Shown one piece after another: positions 1-10,800 of a stretch of 64,000 nt of DNA (its first letter is position 1; each line of letters starts with the position of its first letter). The notes beneath the pieces were generated by a model, which was not told the DNA's origin, ran no database searches, and worked only from the letters and a program-made list of their open reading frames with translations. The stretch is from Balanoglossus misakiensis (Eukaryota; Animalia; Hemichordata), in the NCBI GenBank assembly GCA_040954595.2, contig CM082581.2:6130699-6194698 (forward strand), in the 5' to 3' direction. Made by a program: the position numbers and the translations under genes.

Positions 1-3000
1 TCGTCCTTCGGTATGAACAGCATGTGAATCATTCGGGACATGGCAATGTTTTGATCGTAAAACGAATCATGCACAGAGTCGCGATTTTAAACATGCTACA
101 AACGCCGTGGAGTTTTATAGCAGAAGTTTAAGTGTGTATATTGACTGGTGAAACGGTATTCAAAGAACACAACGGATATAATATAACTAGAGTGTGTAAC
201 CTATATCAATGGGATGCAATGACATGTATAGTTCAAATTTGCGGCTAGATTGGCGTTCCTTCCCTTGTCCGTCACGCGTTCTCCTTCGCCATGGTATCCT
301 TCTCATTCGGGATAGGGTACCCCCCCCCCCCCCCATTGTACCGTGACGTCATCTGCTTAATAGTAAGAACTTAAAGTGACCATAAACGAACATAAGGTAA
401 AACTCCAGGTTGTATTACTGTGGGTTTCGAGTTCAAGGAAAAACAAACATTTGTGCCACGCTTGGCGGATACTTCATCATGATGGGTTCAAAGGACACTT
501 TTGGGGAAATGATTAGAAAACAAACGACACCACACGAAGTCAACGCATTTCAAATTAACCCAGGGAAACCTGTGATAGTGTTTGGTTGACAGAAATAAGA
601 GAGAGTCGATGGGATAGTGAGAAAATAACATGCCTCGTCATCTCGTTACGCTGGGAGAATTTGCAGGGGAATAGACCTACCAGCCAACTGTGAAAAATAA
701 TTTCTCTGCATAATAAAATAACGACAACATTTTGGAACTATTTTGAGATAATTACATGCGAATAAACTGCGCACAACTCCAAGCATAGTGCAGGTATAAC
801 ACGATCCCGTTGTAGCCATTTTAATTAAATTGCAAATACCGGCAGAATTCTGACTTTCTCCCCACGTATGATAGCAAACACTGTTCGTTTTCAGCCAATT
901 TCATTCGTATGTAATTATCCCAAAATAGCGATTGCTTGCAGGGAGGCCCAAAATGTCTGATGCATTTCTGCCACTTATTATCTTCATTGATCTGTGCACG
1001 TTGGCATTTTTGCGCAACAATGTCTGTTTAAGCCGCCGTTTTCAACCCACGGTCCTCATTAGTTGGAGTTCACGGATCATGTACAAGTGAATGCCAATCC
1101 CAAGTTGTATATAGTGATAGTTGAAATACTTCATAGACAACAGAATTGGGGTGACCCAATTGCAGCATCGGTAAATCACGCGCTGTGATATTCACAGTAC
1201 ACATCTTGCGTTAACTCCGAACATCAGTCATATTTTTTTTTTTTATTGAAAATGACTCGGTTTTCTTTTTATTGATGCAATTGAAGCTTATGGAATGTAT
1301 AAACTCGGTATTCAAAAGTCTTTTTATTCGTATTTTAGGAGCAAGCAGTCGTTAACTGACGTGGTTCATCTACATTAAAACGCAAAACATAAATCTCGAT
1401 TGACATATTGACTTTGCATAAATTGGTGAATAATTATATGCCACCTTTGGCGCTGCATGTTTTTCCTCAGGACCAAGAAAACAGCTGACAAATTTGAGAC
1501 CGGCTAATCCCACTGTGTGATAAAGTTGGTACAGTGGTTTATGCCACTTAAAATTGATAAGTGGAATCTTGGATATTTTAAGAAGACTCTTGCTAATTGT
1601 GTTATTATTACATGCTTAGTGCAGGAAAGGTCACGTCACACGCGTACGCCCATCTGGCCCCTGCAGAGCTGGTCTTTCCTGAATTCATAAAAATGTTTTG
1701 TCTATTTGACTATAATTCTGATCAAATAATATGTGTATACACATGAAATTGTTCGTTTCGGTGAAATGTTTACTCGCAACGTAATCGTGGTGAAAAGTAA
1801 CCAATGCAAAGATTGGCATTTCGATATTGAATACGACTACGCCAACTGTTAAAAGCCGACAATATTTTCCAGGCGCACTGAGTTAGAAGTGTTAACTTTA
1901 GCGGAATGTGACGAAGAACATAAATTAAAAAGGACGTGTAGGCCAAGCAGGCAGTCTTGTAGGACACACGAGGGCTTCAAGAAGGACGATGAACTATAAT
2001 TATAGTGTACGCATGGTACAATGACTTTCGCCCTTCAAATCAACGGGAACGATGTCATCCACTTTCTAATACGAAAACAATCCAGTTATCCATGAAAATG
2101 TTCCACTGTCGTCCTTGTGTGCGGTCGTTGATGCGTTTATTATAATACGAGAATGTGATCACCATAATAAACTTTCTCGTGCCACAAATATCGAAACGTG
2201 ACAATAAACGAATTCGGAATCAGTTTGTTTGTTTGTTGCTAGATTTTATCAAAAACGGACATAAATGTTTGAAATTATCCAGTCACAAGCTATCCATATT
2301 TGTTCGTTCAAAATTAAAACAAAAATATACATGTGCCTGTAGTCCTATGAAAATTGGTGGTGTAAATTAATTCGGTGTGGACATTGGCATTTTTTTCTAA
2401 TCCTTGGCAACCACGAAGAAGAGTATACCATTTCTTATCGTAAACTGAATAGAGTCGGCGGGGTCACACGCGGCCACCAATAAAGGTCTTGTAAGAGAAC
2501 TCCCCCGCCACACTATCGACTTTCCTCGGACAGAATCATTAGTCCTGATTGCGATTCTTGCCGCGAAAAACAACAGGATGGCCTCGGTGTAAGGCTATCA
2601 ATTTACGCGTAAAATTAGCTGATTAAGAAACCTTTGACTGAAATGACCGACAGTTTAAGCTACTGACTGCCCTGGCGTCTCAAGGACATATTTCCTTGTT
2701 CATGTACTATTGGGTTCGCCCCAATATACGGACGTTGTGGTCCGGCGACCCTATGCGGTTTTATGGCATGTAAAAGTTGAATGTGTGGATTTACTTTATC
2801 TCAGTGCCTGCAACAAATGTTTGACATGTACATGTATAGGCGCTGTTGTAGAGGCCACCAGCTACATGTGTTAACTTGCTGACATAAACCAATCTGAGAG
2901 TACTGACATAAGCGGCTAATCCCCTCTCAATCTCTCTCCTTAATCGAGACTCGTAATTTAGAAAATGATGTTAACCTTCCCGATTTAACTGGCCATTCCA

Positions 3001-4241
3001 TCACTTGGATGTCGTCCCAACACATGTAGTTACGTGTAGCTCAATTGATGAAATTCAAAATATGCCTGGAGATAATTTGACAGATACTTTGAAGTTAACA
3101 CAATACGCAAAGTTTCAATTAATGGTCCTTTTAGCAGGCAAATGTCAAACCGTATGACACTTTTGTGATTCAATCAAACTGGCCATTATGTAGCATAACG
3201 TCTCTGATACAAATCCTTTGCTCTGTCTCAATCTTCACCACTTAAGATAGATACCTAGTCTGGGCAGTTTAACTGCATACACAGCATACCGATTACATAT
3301 GCTTTACATCACTATACGCGTGAGTACAAGTCCCACAGTTGAATTTAGCCAATGTATAGATACAGCGAAATTTCATCACGTAGATTATGTCACCGATCCC
3401 TAACGCTCGAAATCGGATCTTGCCGATATAACACCATTATATAAAAAGACTATATATTTAGAAGATATCTCCCATTAAGCTTGTTTCTCGTTGCACCGGT
3501 TCATGACATCGAGCCAGGCTAAGAACCACTTGATTGATATCAAAGTTCTTTAAATAACCCAAAAGGCGATGAACTTGCGATTTATATGTGAGTGATAGTT
3601 TACTCTGGTGCGCGTCAATATCGTGATTTACAGTTTAGACTGTTTTAGAGTTTTTGCCTGCGGTACACGTCGTCCAACCACGCAGTTTTATGTTAACCCT
3701 TTAACGTAATGGTATTTCACTTCGTTAGAATAATGTTAATAATATCACGCGTAAATCACAGTTTACATATTTTGGGATTTGCTTATTCAAGTATTGTTTG
3801 CTACATTTTTTCTCTTTGTCTGTGCTTACATGCAAGTATTTCGCAACCATGGATACGCAATCCACCACTACATTTTGGAATGGTTCGTACAGGACAGTGA
3901 TAATACGTCATAGGTTATTTTTTTTTTTGGGGGGGGGGAGGTTCATGTGATCCCGTCGACCAATTGTACGTACTGAATACTTTCACGTTTTCTCCTGTAT
4001 GGATACACTGGCTATCGTTCGGGTGTGCATTGCTGCGAACCTCAGGGGCCAACTTGAACAGTTGTTCATAGATTCGTCAACATTTGCTTTGATTACTTCA
4101 TATTTCCTGTTCAGCTGATACATACATGTTGTACAAACTGTTTACTAATTTAAAAGAAATTGCGTAACTCCCATCAAAATCTTCCCACTTCGTCAGTTAT
4201 TAAAAAAAAACACCAATAATATTTTGTTTTCCTTCGGACAG

Positions 4242-4381
4242 CTTTTGCCACGGACACGGAGCAGGTGTTATTTAAGCACCTCTTCGGTAACGGTTACAAC
4301 AAATTCATCCGACCAGCTGAAGAACGTCACCATGCAGTTACCATGTACTTTAGCCTAGCTGTGACTCAGCTCTTGAATGTG
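4242..4381 (+). CDS. nAChR-like exon (N-terminal helix, FATDTEQVLFKHLF...TQLLNV)
   Basis: Acceptor ttcggacag, donor gtaagt; 140 nt, starts in phase 1; YNKFIRP motif. Confidence 0.9.
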
Positions 4382-7255
4382 GTAAGTGCATTGTATAGTC
4401 TATCTGTAAGTATAGTCTGTAGGACCATGGATGCAAATATATTTCATCCATGGTATCAGGCAAGTCAAAATTGATCCCAGGTTAACTCAGTATGCCGTGA
4501 CAAACACAGATGTATAATCCCCAAATGGTATTAATATTCGCTATGTTACATATTTTTATTAACATGGCACGTGTGTGCTCAGTATAGAATGACGCAATCA
4601 CGGTTAAGCGTTTACCCCCAAGAGTGGTTGTTACAGCATGTGTGCATTCCCTCTGTTATGTGTTATCATCAGCGACTGGAACAAACTGGTCGTCATACTT
4701 CAAGAGACCACTTGCGACCTTAAATTTATCATGTTTAACTACGCGTCATTACAAATAGTTTTACGCAGGAACGAGTTTAATGCCCTCGGTAATATGTCAT
4801 CGATAACACTGGCTCGAGGTCTGCCTCGCGCAATTAACCCAGATGCACGGAAACATAGGCCAGAATGCGTTTATGAAACAGGGGCAGTGAATTCTTTGTG
4901 TGTACGCCGGCATACCAATTGTTATTGTCAATGGGAAGTATATCTGCAGTGATTGCAGACATCATATATAGTTTCATTGTCTCTTTTTTTAACAATTTCA
5001 AATAGGACGAAAAGAACCAAATCATTACAGTCAGCGTTTGGATGGATCAGGTAAATACTCATTTCTTCCATCACGGCAATACAAGGCTGTGGTGACATTA
5101 ACTGATCATATACATGTACATACTAAAAAAAGAGATGGGCATCACAAAGCTATGTCTTATTCGAGGAGACATGCGCCCTGTGGTTATTCTGCGAATTTGA
5201 AATGTTACTTTCGCTGGTAAATCTGATTAAAATTAATGTTTTTCATCTTTTTCACCACCCACACACAAACAACCCATGCAGTCTTGGACCGATTATCGCC
5301 TGCAGTGGAACGCCTCCGATTTCAGCGACATCGAGAGCTTACTGGTACCGTTCGACAACGTCTGGTACCCGGATTTAGTGCTTGACAATAGGTAAGACTC
5401 GACATATCACGTGGTTAGTATCAGGTGAAGAGAAACGCGTGTCTCTTCCCATCTCTCTTTCATAATCTTCACATTTATCAAGAAGGCGTTGCAACCCCTT
5501 AATAAAAAGACTCGATGTGATGTCATTTGCATTCGATAAGTAGCTGGCGCTAACCCCACAAATGCTGCAACCAACACCACAGTTACATTGTACCCATTGG
5601 GAAAATAAGTCACCTCCTGGTATATGACGATGTAAATATAAAAGAGATATACAACGTATAGGTGTACTAATTATGAGTAATTTCTGCCTATTCGTATAGA
5701 AGTTCATTCTGGAAATAAAACCGAACTTTTTCCCCACTACTTTAGTGCGAATGGAGAATATTTGCTGCCAACATGGAAATACGTGACCGTGTCCAGTGAA
5801 GGCGAACTTTGGTTTACGCCGCCGGGCAAGCTTGAAAGTCCGTGTGCCATAGACGTGCGCTATTTCCCTTTTGATGAGCAGCGCTGCGACTTGTCCTTTG
5901 GGCCGTGGGAGTTCAACGCGTTAGAGATCAGGATGGAGCCAAAGTTGTACTACGTAGAGAAGGAAAATTACGTGGAGAACGTCGAATGGGAGTTGTATAA
6001 TTCCAGCGTTGTTCTTTTCAACGACATCGACGAGTGTTGTCCGGACGAATCGTTCAGTTCCATCGTGTACACGCTGGTCCTCCGCCGCAGGCCGCTTTAC
6101 TACATCATCAACATTTTGATTCCCTGCGCCGCGATGTCGGCGCTGACTTTGGCTGTCTTCTACCTGCCGTCCGACAGCGGCGAGAAAATAAGCCTGAGTA
6201 TCTCCGTCCTGATCGCCCTGTCCGTCTTCAGCCTCCTGGTGGCGGACATCATGCCGCCGACGTCAGACTCGTCGCCCCTGATCGGCACGTTCCTTCTCTT
6301 CAACATGGCCGTCAACGCGCTCTCGATCATCGTCTCTGTCGTGGTGTTGCACTTGCACCACCGCTCCGTGAGAGTTTACCGGATGTCGCCGCGGATTCGC
6401 AAGTTCTTCCTCCGGCAACTGCCGCCGTTCATCGGACTCGACAAACTCGCGTGTAAAAAGCGGGGCGACAAGTACAAAAGCTATGAAGGCGGAGAGGTCG
6501 CCCTTGACAACGACTTCGCGAGCGGTCACCGCGAACGCTCTCTGGAAGGCGAAGCCGTAAACCACACTCCGTGCAGTAAACGAAGGCAAACCGGCAGCGA
6601 CGATAGGCTGAGTTACTTCCAGCGAAATGTGCTGTCGTTTTTGGACAGCTCATCCCGGAGAGTGCGAGAGAGCGAAGAGGAAGAAGAGGTGAGGAAACTG
6701 GACTGCATGCGTGCAGTGCTCATTTTCGTTGCTCGTAGAAATAACTGGAGAAATCAAATACAGTAAAAGAAGAGCTGCTTTCTATCTGGATTGATTTTAT
6801 AACTTGGTGGTTATTTCATAAAGCAGTTAAAACGCAAAGTAGAATACACTATAGATATGTTTCAACTTTGGAATCGTAGTTTACCTTTGCGTGCTAGATG
6901 AGAACGAGCACGTCCGAGAATGCCCGAGTATATTACATTTGGGGCCGGGTTAGCTTTCTGAATAATATTTAGTCGCTGTAACGTAGTAGTACTCACAACG
7001 AATGTTTACACCACTACAATTCCTTTGCATGTCCTGTCGAGAAACTAGTAACACAAGACTGTTCTCAACCACCTGTAGGTACCGCGACAGTAAATGCGTT
7101 TTTAAAACCCTTGTTCTTTCCAGGCGATCGACGAGTGGAAATGTCTGGCAGCTGTAGTTGACAGGCTCTGTCTCATCATTTTCGTCGTGGTCTTGGTCCT
7201 CGGCTCATCCGCGATTCTGTTGAACGCTCCTGGAGTGGCAGCTTTGAGTCTTTAA
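4242..7255 (+). CDS. Nicotinic acetylcholine receptor-like (Cys-loop) subunit, alpha-type with divergent binding site; spliced gene span, signal-peptide exon not located
   Basis: Exons 4242-4381, 5006-5050, 5282-5391, 5746-6688 and 7124-7255 join in frame via GT-AG introns (about 455 aa). Motifs: YNKFIRP, DEKNQ, WTDYRLQW, WYPDLVL, Cys-loop CAIDVRYFPFDEQRC, vicinal CC, RRRPLYY-TM1, PSDSGEKISL-TM2, TM3 and EWKCLAAVVDRL-TM4. Confidence 0.95.
5006..5050 (+). CDS. nAChR-like exon (DEKNQIITVSVWMDQ, loop D)
   Basis: 45-nt exon of the size typical for nAChR genes; acceptor aatag, donor gtaaat; not in ORF track. Confidence 0.92.
5282..5391 (+). CDS. nAChR-like exon (SWTDYRLQWNASDF...WYPDLVLDNS, loop A)
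   Basis: 110-nt exon of the size typical for nAChR genes; acceptor tgcag, donor gtaaga; not in ORF track. Confidence 0.92.
5746..6688 (+). CDS. nAChR-like large exon (Cys-loop, loops B/C, TM1-TM3, cytoplasmic loop)
   Basis: Acceptor actttag, donor gtgagg after EEEEE; same frame as ORF 5762..6766. Confidence 0.95.
7124..7255 (+). CDS. nAChR-like terminal exon (AIDEWKCLAAVVDRL...TM4, stop TAA)
   Basis: Acceptor ttctttccag; conserved EW..A.VVDRL pre-TM4 motif followed by hydrophobic TM4. Confidence 0.92.
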   Translation, partial: AIDEWKCLAAVVDRLCLIIFVVVLVLGSSAILLNAPGVAALSL

Positions 7256-7676
7256 CAAGAAGCTGTACGGTTGGAACAGGAAATGCCTTCGGTCGAAGTC
7301 GCTCGCTTGTGACGTCGGTTTGGTTATTAGTTTTTGATGGCTCATTTGCGTTGTACCGCTCGCTGAATTGTACTACATGTAAATGACTGGTTGCTACAAC
7401 CTCACACGCTGTATATAAACATATGAATACATGCACTGGCACACAAAGGTCTGGACAACATTATGGCGCCCTCTACGGCATTTAAAACAGTGGCATCACG
7501 ACGACTTTTCAAAGCACGAATTAACACACACACATAACCCAGTCATAAAATTGCCGCCCAACAAAGGGGGAAAGTGTGTGTATTTGCTACAGGAAGTCAC
7601 AGATTCCAAATGCCTGTAAATAGTTCTGCATCTACCTGATGTTCCAGCCAGGGGTACAACACTGAAACAATGCATT

Positions 7677-7849
7677 CTAAGATGAGTGAGTCCTCTCCAA
7701 CTGATGGAGGTATCTGTTCACCAAGGGAAGTATCCTCCAATTATCGGTAACCATGGAAACCACAGCCGTCTCCGACGATGAACTGATCTTCATCAGGAGA
7801 TGGGACGACGGAGGCAGGAGAATTCCAATTTGATAAATATGTTTGTTAT
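7677..7849 (-). CDS. AP5B1: AP5B1 exon 23 (...GILLPPSSHLLM...TDNWRILPLVNRYL...stop TAG)
   Basis: Acceptor actgcag; conserved C-terminal LPP..HLL and TD.W..LP.V..YL motifs. Confidence 0.88.
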
Positions 7850-10800
7850 CTGCAGTTACAGAAACATGTTGATTTCACTTTCACTAGTTCTTTAAGTGTG
7901 ATAGTACATAAGTTTAGCTATTTTTATGGTTCAAAGTGGTTGCCATGGCAATGTGAAAATTGTGAATGCAAATGCACATATATAACGTTTTTTTATGGGA
8001 GATGTATTTTTGTGACCAGTAAACCAAATGGTGGTCATGGAATACTTGGTAGATTTGATAAATAGTTCTTTCAAATGACAGTACTTACCTTGGCTGGCTT
8101 CACTAATGACAAAATGCGAGAGTCTCTCTTTGACAGTGTTTTCCACCAAGTCCTCACTTAGATGAAGGCAACATACAGATTCTGTGCAATCTGTGTCACT
8201 GTGAAGGAAATTGATGACGGCATCATTATTAGTTATATATATATACAGTACTATGGTACTACATGTAGTAATTTACGAGTTTTTGTCTTTACGCTTCTGT
8301 GAAGGCAGTGTATATACCTGTTATTGTATGTTTTCAAACCTCCAATTCATAGGTTAATTACAATGTACATGTACTTATAAAAATCAACTATTTCGATTCA
8401 AAGCTCTCTCAAACTTCGGGTTTGTGAACATTTTGGAAACTACCTCTGTGTACGAGAGCTAGTTAAGAATTGGCGCCCTCAAGTGTTGGGAAACGCAAAA
8501 CGTATTTTTGAAGGAAATTCCTTTCACAGTACCTGCTGTCTTGTTGAGAGTGGATGTGATTCCATAAGTCGAGAAACAGCTGTTGCTTCTTCACTGCAGG
8601 GACAGAGGGCAGTGGTAAAAACAGGTCCTCAAAATGCAGCTGAAGGGTTTCTAAAACACTACTGCACGTTTTCCCGTCCTGGCTGCTGAAGATGACACTG
8701 CGGAAAACAGAATAAGATTGAAAGAATCAGACACATGGTAAAGTGATCCAGAAAAAAAGCTTTCAAAACTATGGCAGCGTCACCACTAATCTGCTGTTTG
8801 GCTGGCACTGAAAAAGTTGCTATCATGGCCTTGACAGGAGCCACTTCTTCATAGCCGGACAGGTCACGGCCAAGTGTTGCCATTTCCTACCTGACATCAA
8901 ACTTTGCCGGTACTGGTTCCAGGGGACAGAACTCAAAGTTCAGCTGCCGGCAAGATTCGCCGGGCTTTGACGAACTCGTCCGGCACAGCAAAGGTATTTC
9001 CAGATCTGAACAAGAAAATGTACGCTGTTGGATGCTAAATACACTCATGACATTTTGATATCTCTCTGGTGGATGTCGATTTTCTGATCTATACAGATTT
9101 GGCCAAATGGTTTTGTGCATACATGTATACATGCTTACTACGTGTATTGGTGTCATTACTTCAGCTTGAACTTCCATAACATACAATGTACAAGATTACT
9201 TTGTGTTAGACAAGTTCAGTATGATAAACAAATTACAGGCATGATAAACCTAAATGTGCATCACAATTCTCATAAACCATACCTTTCACCTCCTTGTAGT
9301 TGCTGGATGTGTGCAGATGAATAACTATGGCATAAAGCTTGTCATATTCTTCTGTTTTAGAATTGTCTGTCTGCAAAGCAATAGTTATCATTTCTTCACT
9401 TGATAATACTCCAAAGAAAAACTAGTATAAAAATATAAAAATAATAGCACAATTCATGCATACAACGTCTCCAGAATGAAACTACATGTAACGGTACTTA
9501 CAAAGTGTATGTAATATGAGATGGCCACCACAGGAGCAAAATCGGACCTTTTGACCTCCTTTAAATATTCTTCAAGTACCGTCTCCGTATCCTCAATGTC
9601 CACTTTTACTGCATCGAAATTTTTCGCTGATCTGTGTGTTCAAAAAAGCATGATAAACGATAAAATACTTCAGCACCACCATTAATTAATTAATATTTGT
9701 CTACACTTTAGAAGAAACCTGTAGATAGGTCATAGGTCGGGGGTACAGTGCAAAGGTTTTGGAATTTCAGAGGTACATGTATCTTTACCTGGTAAGCTTC
9801 AGAACCGCATCTTCAATGTGCTGCACTGGGGCTGCAGTGGCAAAGTTGGCGCTCCCTGTCACCAGCGAAGTTAGAGTCTGGCTTGTCGCCATGGCAGTGG
9901 GTGAAAACGAGGTCAAGATACTGGTCAGCTGTGAAAAGAATGAAAACATATCAAAGGACTCTAAAGTGACCAGTTTGTATACAAGTTGCACTGCTTCCTC
10001 CACCCCTATTTCTGGACTGGACTCTGACCATAAAAAAATCCACAGGAATGTTCTATTGTATACCGAATATGGGGATGACAGGATGCTTACCTTTTGAGTA
10101 GAGAGGTTTGTGAGTAGAGCGTAGTAGAACCTGGCTCTGTCTCTGATATCAACATCGCTGTGTTTTGTGAACACCAGGAAGAGGAGATCGCCAAGTTCTG
10201 GGAAACAAAGAAAAAGCAGAGTTGAAAGTTACTGGTAATAAGAATGTTACATTTGTAATGGCTTGAAATGGTAATGTTTAAGTCTGTTTCATTTGCAGTT
10301 TAAGAAGTCTTTTTTGTGTGAAATTTTATATACATAGGTGGGTTCATCTGTTTATGTACTGTACTGTACTGTACTGTACTGTAGGCTGTACTGTACTGTA
10401 GGCTGTACTGTACTGTACTGATGTATGTGAGAATGTATGACTGTACAGTTCCCATGTAAAAATGTCAGTGATGCCTGCACTCTTCAAAGTCCCTCACGAC
10501 ATACCTCGAAAAACCAGATCGGTGTTGTGACACTGCAAGATGTTTCTGCACACTCGGAGCACGGAATTGCCCAGCGTCCAGCTGCCTTCACTGCATAAAT
10601 CACTACTCGCTAAGAGTTGCTGTAGGAACAGCAAGATGGCCTGAAAGAGACAGGGGAAAAATAATGTCATTTTTTCACTTTTGAAATATGTATTTAACTT
10701 TCTCTAGGGTCTATGTTATCGCAGAGTATTCTGGCTTTCTGGACCTGCATACAAAAGAGCTTTCCTTTCGTTGCTACATCGTATATCGCAACAGATTGTA

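Noticed and set aside
3709-3900. Hydrophobic ORF as candidate signal-peptide exon of the nAChR-like gene
   Set aside because: A phase-1 join is possible (GCA A|gtattt near 3836) but the donor is weak and other candidates exist, so it cannot be supported without cDNA.
6034-6653. Overlapping alternative-frame and antisense ORFs within the nAChR-like exon
   Set aside because: Shadows of GC3-rich coding sequence with no recognisable domain.
5762-6766. ORF as a stand-alone 334-aa protein
   Set aside because: The TTG start and the tail after EEEEE are artefacts; it is an internal exon bounded by splice sites.
9669-9680. TTCAGCACCAC, left half of a REST/NRSE site near the nAChR-like gene
   Set aside because: The GGACAG right half is missing.
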